From: Felis catus
Taxonomy: Eukaryota
Direction of reading: 5' to 3'
NCBI RefSeq assembly: GCF_018350175.1
Contig: NC_058379.1
Location: 29,326,001-29,390,000 of the forward strand
DNA: 64,000 nucleotides
This document shows, one piece after another, positions 13,901 through 25,545 of this stretch. The first letter of the stretch is position 1. Every line of letters begins with the position of its first letter. The position numbers and the translations under genes were made by a program. Under the pieces are notes generated by a model. That model saw only the letters and a list, made by a program, of their open reading frames with translations. It was not told where the DNA came from and did no database searches.

Positions 13901-14650
13901 TAACAGTGCTGAAGGTTACCTGCCTTCCAGCAGTTCGGGTGTCAAGTGAACCTTTCTCAGCTGCTTCAGAAGCTCCTAGTGGTCTTCCAGGGTGGGCTCA
14001 TTATGTATTTACATTGTGCAGACCTGTCATGCACCCTTCATTGCCATGCTTTCTCAGTACACTTTTATGGAAACTCCCCTGAACCGATTGTAGTGAGGGA
14101 CACGTCACCCAATCCCTGCTCTGGAGGAGCTCCACTCGTGCGTGCGAGTATGTGTATGTGCATGTGAGGAGGTGTTCTTGCTAGGCCTGAGAGCTCCGCA
14201 GTTTGGGAGAAGCAGGGAGAGGGTGACTGGCTCCCCAGGTTGTCAGTTCAGGAAGGTTCCTGGAGAGGTGGAGGTGTCATCTGACCAGTTAACTGCTGTT
14301 GTATTAGCTGCTTGTGGCTCAGTACCTTCTCCCAGCTACAGAGAAAAGATGGGTTGCGCCCTGGTGGTTAGAATTTTGGATAAACGGGAGGCTGCTTTCT
14401 CGTAAAAGCACATCGATGTAAATCAGTGTTGCAGTCAAAGTTTTGCCCTTTCTGAGACTGTTCTAACCAGCGGTGCCTGGTCCTTTTCTTGGCAGTAATC
14501 CAGTCCCTCATAGCACTGGTGAACGACCCCCAGCCCGAGCACCCACTTCGGGCTGACCTAGCTGAAGAATACTCTAAGGACCGTAAAAAATTCTGTAAGA
14601 ACGCTGAAGAGTTTACAAAGAAATACGGGGAGAAGCGACCTGTGGACTAA
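7918..14650 (+). CDS. UBE2L3: Ubiquitin-conjugating enzyme E2 L3 (UbcH7), last two coding exons; 5' exons lie upstream of the window
   Basis: Penultimate exon is visible at 7918-7977 (its 5' part lies in the N-gap 7776-7917) and encodes [19 protein letters not shown], containing the catalytic Cys; donor gtaagg. Last exon 14496-14650 follows ttttcttggcag and encodes (V)[53 protein letters not shown]. Confidence 0.97.
9540..12385. mobile_element. Can-SINE cluster (about 9540-9763 -, 10410-10572 -, 10623-10822 +, 11868-12085 +, 12148-12385 +) with MaLR and L1 fragments near 9940-10360
   Basis: Typical SINE bodies; the TSD aagatgggctagt flanks the 12148 copy; MLT1-like ttacaaaccaccttaaaactt...gggctcagctggatggttc. 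Confidence 0.8.
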
Positions 14651-17095
14651 ACTCTGCCGCGACTGATTCCAGCGAGTGTGAGCGGAGATCCCAAGCAGCG
14701 CATTCAGACACCCCGCAAAGCAGGACTCTGTGGAAAATTGACACGTTCCGNNNNNNNNNNNNNNNNNNNNNNNNNNNNNNNNNNNNNNNNNNNNNNNNNN
14801 NNNNNNNNNNNNNNNNNNNNNNNNNNNNNNNNNNNNNNNNNNNNNNNNNNNNNNNNNNNNNNNNNNNNNNNNNNNNNNNNNNNNNNNNNNNNNNNNNNNN
14901 NNNNNNNNNNATTTCTTTTCTTGTCCAAATTGATCCAAAATTTTCAATTTACATTTAGCCCTTAAGGTTAAGGAAAAAAAAAGGAGAAAAAAAAAAAGTT
15001 GCAGTTCCCTTTCTTCCCCTGCCCCTGCAACTCCCACCTTCTTGCATTCGGTTTATTTTTCACTTATTCATTTCCCCAGACTCAGGCCCATCTCCTCCAC
15101 AAAGAGAAGAGACCACTCCTGATGATTCTGGTGGCTTCTCTACTCCCACGTTGCACTGCCCTGTGTGGGAGTTGGTTCAAATTCTCCTGGCCCCAATTTA
15201 TAACATCCTTTTAAAAAATTTTAAAAACAAGCAAACTACCACTCACCACCCCACCAACTCCCCCTCATCACCCCCCAAAAAAAAACTTCCGTGAAAAGGG
15301 AGGCCCAGTTCTAATGTAAAAATCCGGCTGGTGTTACCACAATAACGTTGATTAAATGGGCAAACCCTGATGTCTGTGTGCGTGATTGAACTTTGGCCTG
15401 GCCTGATTGGGGTAACCCATGTCTGTGGTGACCCCAGGGGAGGGCCTGCCCACCAGAAGATGCTGGCACTTGTGTGAGCTGGCACTTGTGTGAGGAATTT
15501 CTCGCCAGAGAGGCTCCTGAAGCCAAAGGTTGACACTCCTCCCAGCAGCCATTGTAGAAGATGTGTCAGTGCAGGCAACAACGCCAAAGCCAGAATGTCC
15601 ATGTGAAATTCCACGCTCACCTGTCACCGAGCTCCATCTGAATGTGCCACGGAGCTCCCTCTCCCAGCTCCTCAGTGCAGCGCAGCCCCACTGCGACCCT
15701 CCCTTGGCACAGTTTGACCCTTTGCGGGGTTGGAATTGGCTGGAGTTGGCGGGACTCGGCTGTAGCCAGCACCAGTGTGGGGTTGTTGGCACCCTGCTGG
15801 CCCCTTTCTTCGGAGGAGCAGCCGGCCAGCCCAGGAACAAGACGGCCTNNNNNNNNNNNNNNNNNNNNNNNNNNNNNNNNNNNNNNNNNNNNNNNNNNNN
15901 NNNNNNNNNNNNNNNNNNNNNNNNNNNNNNNNNNNNNNNNNNNNNNNNNNNNNNNNNNNNNNNNNNNNNNNNNNNNNNNNNNNNNNNNNNNNNNACTTGT
16001 AAGGATTTGAATGTTAATGTCTTTTCAAGGCAAGTGGGACTGCCCCTGAAATAGAGAATACCTGTCACTGACACCCAGAGGAAGCTGATGGTCCAAACAC
16101 TGTGTGTCACCAACTCCTCTTTTGCCACTGGTGGCTGCCCTTCTTGGCTCTTGGGTGGTGGTGGGGGGGGGGGGGGGGGGGGAGGGACTAGATCCTGTGG
16201 GGAAGATAAACCTGGCTTTCTGTTTTTAGCTCTCTTACTTGAGATCTTTCTGGGCCTTACAGACCTGTAAGATGGTTTTACCTGTGCAGAGGTGGGTGTG
16301 ATGGGTAGGTTAGGCAGCAGAACATTGTTTAGTTGTCCAGGTGCATGGCCCCTGCAGTGTGGCAATGAACTTGGCTTCTTCAGTCCTAGGTACGCCAGGG
16401 CAGGTTCTGGAGACTCCTGTGGGCCCAGGAAGGCAGGAGCACCAGGCCAGTGTTTCCACATCTGTCTCTTCATTAGCAGAAAGGTGATAATGGACTTTAT
16501 TTCACTCACAGATTTGTTAATAAAATGCCAAATTCTGTCAGAAGCTATCCAAATAAGCCACCATTTGTTCTCGTTGCTTCTCTGAATCCAGAAATATTGC
16601 CATTCTTGGAAACTGTCCCATTGCTTCATATCTCTACCAGCGTAGCTTTGCCTGCCTGTCGCCCTCTCACGTCTGTGCTCAGGAGGATACCTTTGTCAAA
16701 GCTGGCAGCCCCTCAGGGACTCTCAGCCCTGGCATGGCACCCCATGGTTTGCCCCGTCAGAGGCCTGGCCTTCAGAGAGCAAGGCAGGGGATGGTCCCTC
16801 CTTCAGGCCTGGGCAGCTTGCCCCCCTCCAGACTGGCAGTCCCCAGGGCAGGCTTTGAGCATGCTGGCGGACAGCCCTGGCTGCTCCACAACCAAACAGC
16901 TGGGTCCTCTGGAGAAGGGGAGAGCTGTCGAGCAGCCACCACTGACCCGAGCCTACTCAGGAATTCACAAGCACTGGGTTCCTCGAAGTGCGCCGGGTTC
17001 CCTCCCGCTCCTTGCCAACGGCAGAGAATAGGCTTTCTAAGATGCTGCGATCCCGTTCTGCTGCCCTTAATAAAAATGCTCTCTGACACTGGTTT
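14651..17095 (+). other. UBE2L3: UBE2L3 3' UTR with poly(A) signals
   Basis: About 2.4 kb after the stop with no SINE insertions. AATAAA at 16519-16524 and 17069-17074; the second is followed by a GU/U-rich downstream element (ggtttggttttgtgggttt). Confidence 0.75.
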
Positions 17096-17713
17096 GGTTT
17101 TGTGGGTTTCTTCCTTACTGGGGGTGGGCAGAGCCAGGGGCCTGTGTTCTTGGAGATGGGGAAGGGGTGGCCAGGACCTAGGCTCTTCTGCCTGCTCCGC
17201 TCTCCCCATGCCCAGCTTTTCCAGAAGAGGCACACACAGGTGTGTGGTCTTTCCACGAGGGAAGCAGAAAAGGCTGAAATCCAGGCCATCGGGGCCTGTG
17301 GAAGGACCCATTGGGTGTCAGGGGAAGGGACAGTGGCCTCTGTATATGCATCACTTCAGTTCATCTGTCAGTCCCAAGAGAGTGGTATTATGTACATTTA
17401 GCAGAGGAGCAGACTGAGGCCCCTAGAGGGTGGCTGTCTTGTTCAACCTCACTGAACTAAATGAGGGTGCACCTGAGGGCGAGGCTAGGCCATTTCCTTG
17501 AATGATTCCAGGCAGAAACCTGCCTCCAAGGCCTCCTAAGTCCCCTTGGGAATTTGACACAAGCTGATACCAGACCTGCCCTGTCAGCTACATCTGCAGG
17601 TGTCCAGGAGGAACCTTCCTGGAGTGTCATTTTACCTGCAAGCAAGGAGCTAGTCCTTTCCCTTGATCATCAACAGGGTGATCAGCTCTGCTGCCTCTTA
17701 AGACTTTATCCTC

Positions 17714-17952
17714 GGGGCGCCTGGGTGGTGCAGTCGGTTAAGCGTCCGACTTCAGCCAGGTCACGATCTCGCGGTCTGTGAGTTCGAGCCCCGCGTCAGG
17801 CTCTGGGCTGATGGCTCAGAGCATGGAGCCTGTTTCCAATTCTGTGTCTCCCTCTCTCTCTGCCCCTCCCCCGTTCATGCTCTGTCTCTCTCTGTCCCAA
17901 AAATAAATAAACGTTGAAAAAAAAAATTTAAAAATAAAAAATAAAAAAAAAA
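17714..17952 (+). mobile_element. Young felid Can-SINE with target-site duplication
   Basis: CpG-rich head ggggcgcctgggtggtgcagtcggttaagcgtccgacttcagccaggtcacgatctcgcgg; TSD aagactttatcctc on both sides. Confidence 0.92.
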
Positions 17953-20099
17953 AGACTTTATCCTCTGTGACTCTTAAGACAACCCCATGGACACCATTAT
18001 CCCTATTTTTACAGAGGAAGAAACTGAAGTTCAGTGACAGGCAAGGACACGTGGCCTGTGTTTTTACAGTCTGGCTCCAGAGCCTGTTACATTCCATCAC
18101 TCAGGTTCTTGGACCCCAGACACAGCCACAATTCCCCACCCCTTTCCCAAAACCAGAGCTCTACAGGACCTTCTCTCAACTTCCTCAACTCTGGAGCCAC
18201 CATTTTCTTGCCTTCCTCACTACTGTATTAATTGTTCAGCTCAAAATATGCATCTACTTTATCACTCCTGTGCCCACTGCAGCCTGGCTTCTGTCAGCCC
18301 CTGGCCAGCCTCCTGAGGCTTTCCTGGCAAGGGCCCCAGGACTTCCTCATTGCACAATCCACAGGCTGTCAGCCTCTCAGCCTACTCTCTTCATTCGGTA
18401 GCATCTCTGTGCCCCACTCTGCAGGGCAGCCACCTGACCCCATCAAAGGCAAAGCCAGACTGGTCTTAGTTCTTCCTGCCCCATTTGCACTGGCTCTTCC
18501 TCTTCTCCCTGCCTCCCTCACGCAGTGTGGGGCAGTGGCACCAACCAGAGGAGCAGAGCTGAAGGTGGCCTGGCTCAGGTGGTACTTGCTAAATGGCTGT
18601 TTCCTGGGTGATTGGGACATGTTTTTGCAGGAGGGCTCCTGGGGACACCATACACGCCTCAGAGGATCAGAGTGGAAAGGACTGGCCCAATGGTGGATGG
18701 AGGCCCATAACCAAGGCCCAAAGAAGGAAGTCACTTCCTCCAGAGAGCGTTTTCTGAGCAGGCCTGGCTGGGTTAGGAGCCCCCCTTTGGCCCCACACTC
18801 TACTTTGTGTTCCTCCCCCCTCTCTCCTACTGCAGTCCAGCCAGCTAAGCCCATGTATGTGCCAGACTGTGAGCTCCACACAGGCTAGGCAATCTGAGCA
18901 CCCAGTCCTGCCTGGCCCAGAGCAGACCTTCCATACATGACTGATGGGTAGAGAACAGTAAACCCCTTGTCCAAGCCACCCAGTGCACAGCAGGTTTGAC
19001 ATAAGGAATACCCCATCTCCCCAGTGGGGTGCTAGTGACCAGCCCCACAGTGGGCCTGATCTGCCTGCAGCCTTCTGCCTTATCACTTTCCCACCCCTTG
19101 TGAAGTAGACCTCTGTCTCCTGGCCACAGCCTCTCTCCTCTCCACTGTTAAACCCTCATGGCCCCTAGGGCTGATCTGGGCCCTCATCTCTGATCACCCC
19201 TCTCTCCCTCTCTGGGTGACTCCACAGCTTTAGCTGTGCAGATCCCAAATCTCTCTCCTGTCCACCCATACCTCTGTCCTCAGCCTCAGAGCCACACAGC
19301 TAACTGCCTCCTCTTCTCAAAATAGCAGAACCTCCCTCAAGGGAGCTTCTGTGCCAATAGGTTGCCTTCAGGCCACCCCTACCAGCTCTGGGCAGCAGCC
19401 TGCAGGAATGTGGCCAGACCCCAGTACACTGAGGCAAGGCAATTGGAGGGGCTAAGGGATTCCACTTCACAGCTATGGAGGAAAGGGCCTGTTGCTGGAA
19501 GAATCATGGTCAAAGGAAGGTTAGAGTAGAAGATGAAGCCAGGAAAGAAAAGCGTGAAGCCACAGTCAAGGGTTAGAGATGTAGGATCCGGACAGCAGAA
19601 AGGAGGAGCAAGATCCCACCCTCACCTCTCAAAGAAAGCTGTACATCCCTCAAGGCAGCCCAGGCCAAGAGAGAGCTCTTTAGGCACCTGATTGCTTGCC
19701 TGACACTGCATGGTGAAAAAATGTACAGGCAGCTTCAAAGCCCTGCCACTCCTAGGTCTGTAAAATGAGGACATTGGTCCTTGCACATAGGCACTATTAC
19801 CTGAGATTAAATGAAACAGGATCATCGTTCCATCTGCCTTTCAACACTCTAGAGCCGGGCAGGGCAGGACTGTGCTCCCAAGAACTCCCTACCACCTTCC
19901 CCATCTGCTCCCTGCATCTCCTTGATCCGAGACACATGAATCCCAGTGACGGGGCATGCACACATCACCAGGTCCAGTGAAGAGTCCAGGATCCCATTTC
20001 CACAGACTGTTCCTCTTGGAGAATATTAAACAGGCTTGCAGGACCTCCTTTTATTTGCCCCTAGGATGGCAAAGGACTGCTTGTTTAGAACAAGTGACT

Positions 20100-20277
20100 T
20101 TTTAAGAGAGAGCACGCGTGCACACACTTGAGAGCAGGAGAGGGGCAGAGAGAAAGAGAGAATCTTAAGCAGGCTCCCACGCTAGGTGTTAACTTGGAGC
20201 TCAATCTTACAACCCTGAGATCATGACCTGAGCTGAAATGAAGAGTCAGATGCTTAACTGAGCCATCCAGGTGCCTG
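20100..20277 (-). mobile_element. Can-SINE
   Basis: SINE body flanked by the repeat gtgacttttt(aa). Confidence 0.8.
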
Positions 20278-20505
20278 GAAGAGGTGACTTTTTAAATAAA
20301 ATTTGAGATTATAGTATCTCCCAAAAAGTAGGCAAGGAGTGAGACATTCTTCTCCCAAACCCCTTCCTCCCAAATGTGGAGTATGTTTTGCATATCTACT
20401 CCGGAATAATGACCTGGTTTGGGCCCTGAGTTGCTTTTGCCTTAAGTGTCTGCAAACGTTTTCTGGGCACAGTTTATAAACCATCCAAGTTTACAAGACA
20501 AATAT

Positions 20506-20511
20506 TTTATT
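20506..20511 (-). terminator. YDJC: YDJC polyadenylation signal
   Basis: TTTATT on + (AATAAA on -), about 300 nt downstream of the YDJC stop. Confidence 0.7.
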
Positions 20512-20809
20512 AATACAGCAATCTCTACTACATCTGGACAAGGAAGATGCTAACTTACATGACAACTTGAAGGGCACCAAATGCTTGGCAGGCCCCAGGC
20601 CCAGATGTCATCTGTAGTCAAGATGGGTTGCCAAAGCTCTGGCCACCATTCTGAGCCATGAGAACCTGGACACAGATGTGACAGGGTCCTGCCCAGGGAA
20701 GTATGTTACTGGACCCCGGCTCTCAGCCTGGTTCCAGGATGTCCCTGGGCTTGACACTGGCCCCCTTTTTGTGTACTAATGGGTGTTTATGTTTGGCTGG
20801 CTATCAGGG

Positions 20810-22344
20810 TCATGGCCGGGAGCGCTCCAGGAAGGTTTTCAGAGTGGCTTCCCCAGGCCTCTTGGAATCTAGGTCGTGGAGAGCGCAGAGCTGTACTCCG
20901 TCCTGTGCAAGCTGGGCCCGCAGTGTGGGTGCGGTGAGGACACGCAGCTCATGCAGCCGCTCCCATGAGCAGGAAAAGGCATCGGGACCCTTACCACAGC
21001 CGCCGGCAGGAGGCACACTGGGGTAGCCAGGGTGTGCCATCAGTTCAGCTGTCAGGGTATGGCCCGTGGGTATGCCTTCCAGGGCCCGTGCTAGTGCTCC
21101 TGATACGCGATGAACAGACATGTGCCGGCCGCAGGTGCTCAGGCCCACGAAGGCATCCGTCCACCTGTGGATGTCGGGGCATCAGGGGCAGGCAGGGTGC
21201 AGCAGGACTATGTGATGGGCAGGGCTAGGCCTGTGACTGGACAGATCTGGGACGGGGGCAACGTAAGTCGACGCCTGACCGCCTTTAACGATGAGGAACG
21301 GACATAGCTGTCAGGTGAACTGCCGGCCGGGCTCACTAGGATACGGGATAGGGGCCTCACCATAGGCCGTGGCGGGAGAAGGGGGCCACGGCGGCCAGGG
21401 CGTCGCGCTCCACCGAGCAGGCGAAGGCACGCGCCGGGGCCTCGAGCCACGCGCGGTCGCCCACCCCACGTTCCACCGGCAGCCTTGTGAAGCGCACCCC
21501 ATTGGCCTGCAGCACCTCTGCGAACACCTGGCACACGCCTGCGGGCGGGATGGAGTCAGGAAGTAGCACCTCCTACTACCTGGGACCACCTCTCACCCGC
21601 AGCCCCCTTCCAGGGAACAATGCCCTCCACCTGGGAGCACGTGCACGTGCTGGTGCCCGTCCACGTGAGTGGGGTCCCCGCCCAGTAATTCTCGGAAGCG
21701 TATCAGCTGGGCCTCCAGCTCTTCCCGCACCTGGAGAGAGAGGATGACAGGCACCTTGAACGTCCCGGAGCAGCTACCAAGGAGGGTTCCCTCCAGGTGC
21801 CTCCGTGTGACTGCTCGTTTGAACTAGGGAAACATCCATCGCCAGCTCCTGCCACTAATGGCTTCACGGTACCCTCAGGGCGGAGCCTTGGGGATCCTTT
21901 CGAGCATCTTCCTGCAGCCGCACCTCCGCACCTGGGGCAAAGCTACGCCTCCGGTCGCCACCGCCTCCCGGAATCCCATCTTGCCGAGGAAGAAGCCTTC
22001 GGGGCTGAGCAGCGACGAGTCGCCTAGGCGGGCCGGGCCCACGGGGCGGCCCTCGGACAGGTTGGCGTGAAGGCCCGTGGGGATTTTGTGCCTGCAGGCG
22101 GAGCGCGAGCGGGAGAACTGGCTGCCGCGGGGCGGCGGCTCCCGAAGCCAGCCCCGACCCTGGAGGGGTCCGCCACTCACCTGCGGGCCAGATCCGCCGC
22201 GCTCTCCGCAGCTGCGCCGTTGACCAGCAGGGACACGCTGGTCACAGCCCCCGCCAGGAAGGCCTCTACGATGCCCTCATCGCGCCGCGGGCAGTAACCA
22301 AAGTCGTCTGCGGTGACCACGAGGCGCACGCGCGGTCCAGCCAT
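20810..22344 (-). CDS. YDJC: Carbohydrate deacetylase YdjC homolog, 5 exons, 318 aa
   Basis: Exons (minus strand) 22344-22181, 22091-21932, 21730-21631, 21538-21361, 21164-20810. All introns are GT-AG and the total is 957 nt. Starts [25 protein letters not shown]; YdjC motifs [22 protein letters not shown] and ELMAHPG are intact. Confidence 0.97.
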
Positions 22345-22560
22345 AGACACTTCCGCGGACTGCCCTGGACCCTAGAGGACTGGATCCAGGCCCCACCCCT
22401 AGACGCAGTCGCAGGCTCCGCCCTGAAGCGCACGCCCTCACGCAGCTGCACTTCGCCTTTGTTCTCGCCACCTACCGGTCTCAATGAGGCCCTGCAACGA
22501 TCCTCTGGACCACACAGCGCGCTCCGCCGGATTTATTGCAACGTGGAACTTTCGGTAACT
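21300..22560. promoter_or_regulatory. CpG island covering the YDJC promoter and exons 1-4
   Basis: High GC and CpG density compared with the CpG-depleted flanks. Confidence 0.8.
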
Positions 22561-24229
22561 GCAAAAATTATATTTAATGTGAAAAAAAACCCTATTGAAA
22601 AAAAAACCTCTTACTCTTCCCTAAAGTCACTAATGTTAACTTTCTAGATAGTGTCCCTCCAGCATTTTTCTAAGCAAATAAACCCAATTCCTTTTCTCCC
22701 CCACCCTAAAGTTTTTGTTTGTTTTGAGAAGATAATGATCACATCAGTGTTATCCCATTCTTGTAGTGTTTCATTTTTTTGATAGTGACTATGAACTTTT
22801 TCAAACTGCCTATTTGTCTTTGGTGATTTTTTTTTCTAAGAGGAGGTTTAAAAACATTCTAGAAAGAACGTTCTAAGTAAGAAAATGAAACAAAACGTGT
22901 ATAACAATGGCTTCATTTGAGGAAGCATTAGTCCTTGATTGCCCCAATTGAGCTCTGTGCCAGGATACAACTTTTACATTCATAATCTCATTTTTTTCCT
23001 CAATGGTGCAGAAAAGCTTTCTTTACTGATGACTATATAGTCACCATGGTTGACAGTGAGAGTTTTCATTGTGATGTGGCTGTGTTTCTTTTCCCAATGG
23101 AAGTGCAGCATTTGTCTCCAGCCCATGAGATTGGTAATGTTATTCCTGTTTTGCAGATGAGGAAGCTGAGGCTCAGAGGGGAAAAGTGGCTTGCCCAAAG
23201 TGACCCTGCCAGTAGTGGAGCTGCGGCTTGACCTCCAAAGCTCTGGGTCTACCCTGGTCCTCTAGACCCTAGCAACCCCCTGGGTCAGGGCAGAGAAGGC
23301 AGAGCTGAATTTGAGAATAACAAATAATATGTTCCTTGTGGGACATTGTATGGATCAGAGGCCTCATAGAGCCCTTATCAACCTCTTGGCATAAGGGTTA
23401 TTGTGTTCAGTTGTGATTATTGAATTGTTGGACTTAAACTATCTTTCTCCACTGGGAAGCTGATCCTGAAAAGACCACAGCCCTTGAGGGTAAGCAGATT
23501 GGAAAGAGGAAATTGACATTTATTGAGCACTTACTGGTATTAGAAATATTAGAGATTAGGGGTGTGTGCCTCTGTTCCTACCCCCAAGGAGCACCATATG
23601 GTAAATGAGTAACAATACCTTGTGGCAGAGCCTAGAATGGGTTTTTTGGTAATTCTGTTGAGGGTGGCAGGCCTTCTTGGAAGGTGACACCTGGGAGGGA
23701 CATTAGGAGGAGTTTACTGGGCAGAGGGGAAAGGAGGTAAAGATACACAGAGCTCTTATTGGGGTGTCAGGTGTGTTGTATGCAGATTTGATTTAATCTC
23801 TATATTCTCATATGGAAGAACATTCAACTGTTTACAGAGGAGGAGCAGATGACAAGAGGTTGAGTCACACTGGGAGGAAACAGTAGAGCTAGGAATTGAA
23901 GCTAGGTCTGTGACTTAGAGCCGGGACTCTTACCATTGTGCTCAGGGACACTGCAGAGGGAGAGGGCTGAAGACTCTCCTGGGGTCCCCCACACTGGGCA
24001 AGGAGAGGACCCTAGAAAGGATCAGGAGGCCCAGGAGGAAAGTGCTTGTGTCACCAGAGGAGACTGTGGCTTTGACCCTAGGGCTTCCCTCAGGTGCCCA
24101 GTCTCCTACGTGGAACAGTCGGAAGCAACCCCTGAATCTCCCACTGTGAATGTGGGCAAGGCAAATTCAGACGAAGTGGGGGAGGGGCCAGCCTGGGTCC
24201 CGCCCTCAACCATTGTGGCAGAATTAGAA

Positions 24230-24300
24230 AGCATTGAGAGCCAATCAGGACGTAGCATGTAAATGAGCAAGCCGTGCTGACGTGGGCCAACTCCAGAGCT
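24230..24300 (+). promoter_or_regulatory. Putative CCDC116 proximal promoter (CCAAT plus CRE half-site)
   Basis: gagCCAATcagg near 24241 and gcTGACGTgg near 24278, upstream of a likely non-coding exon (donor gtgagg near 24563; acceptor ggcgcag near 24683). Confidence 0.35.
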
Positions 24301-24750
24301 CCCTGGAGTGGGAGGCTATATTGCCTGGCACTGAGCGAGGCACGGACTCTGGTGAGCGGGTCGGCTCTGAGCCAGGGGCAGACAACAGGGCTTCCGGGGT
24401 CTAGGAGGAGGGAGGGTCGGAAACATCCAGGCCCAGAGATGGTCAGAGACAGTATGCAGACATCCTTGGGGACCTCAGCCCCGACGACTCTGGACACGGA
24501 CCGTGCGCAGACACCCAGGGAATTCCGAGCAGAGGAAGGGCCCGACATGTGAAGGACGTGGGGTGAGGGGAGCGAGGAACCTGCGGATCCCGGGATTGCT
24601 GACACAGTAGCTGACAGACGAAGGGAGAGTCAGACTCATTGAGGCCTAGGGAGACCCTCACACCATCTCCCTGCCTGGCGCAGAGAGGAATCCGTGGCTG
24701 TGCTGCGGAACCAGAGAGAGAGAGGAGGCCGACAGCGATTCACCCTCACC

Positions 24751-25493
24751 ATGACCAGTTGCCGCCACCACTCAGGATACTTGGCAGACGATGAGGCCGG
24801 CCACACCACTTACGTGGCCCGGGTAAGTGTGTCTGGCAGGACCCTGACTTTAAGACCCCCAAAATGTTCCCTGCCAGCTCCAGCACCCCAGACCACAGCC
24901 CCCCTTTCTCAGTGCCTGTTGACCTCCTCTCTGGGCCTCTTAGTGACATCCTTATCACCTTGACCACTCCTCGCACCCCCTGCTGGGCCCTAGTCACCCT
25001 CAAACTTCATTCACTGTGTCCCCTGACCTCCAGCAGCTGGGGAGGAGCTTGGTAGACTGGTACTCCAGAGTGGAAGCATGGAGTCTACTCAGGGCCCAAG
25101 GCTCAAAGTTTCAGAAACAGCCATGGGGAGCCGAGGGTTCAGGACTACAGGTGGTCTGTGCAGTGGAGACAGGACTGGTCTGCTCTAAGGACAGGTGAGG
25201 AACCCAAGTAGGGTTCAAAGGGGTTTGTGATTGCCCATTTCTGTCCTGCCCTGTGTGAGGGCAGAAGTGGGCTTTCTGACTCCCTAGCCACATATTATAT
25301 ATGTGAAATGTATGTGTCAGGGAAGCGTTAGGATGACCTGAAATCAAGCCTCACTTTGCAGAAGAGGAAATTGGACCTCAAGAGGGGCCATCATGCCTAT
25401 GGTGTCACAACCTGCAGTGGCAGAGCCAGGGTCCAGACCCAGAAACTTTCTGACTCTAAAACATAGTTCCTGACAATAAATTTTATAAAAAAC

Positions 25494-25545
<52 letters not shown>

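Noticed and set aside
15352-16629. 425-aa minus-strand ORF with polyproline
   Set aside because: It runs through an N-gap and is antisense to the UBE2L3 3' UTR; the prolines come from the G-tract.
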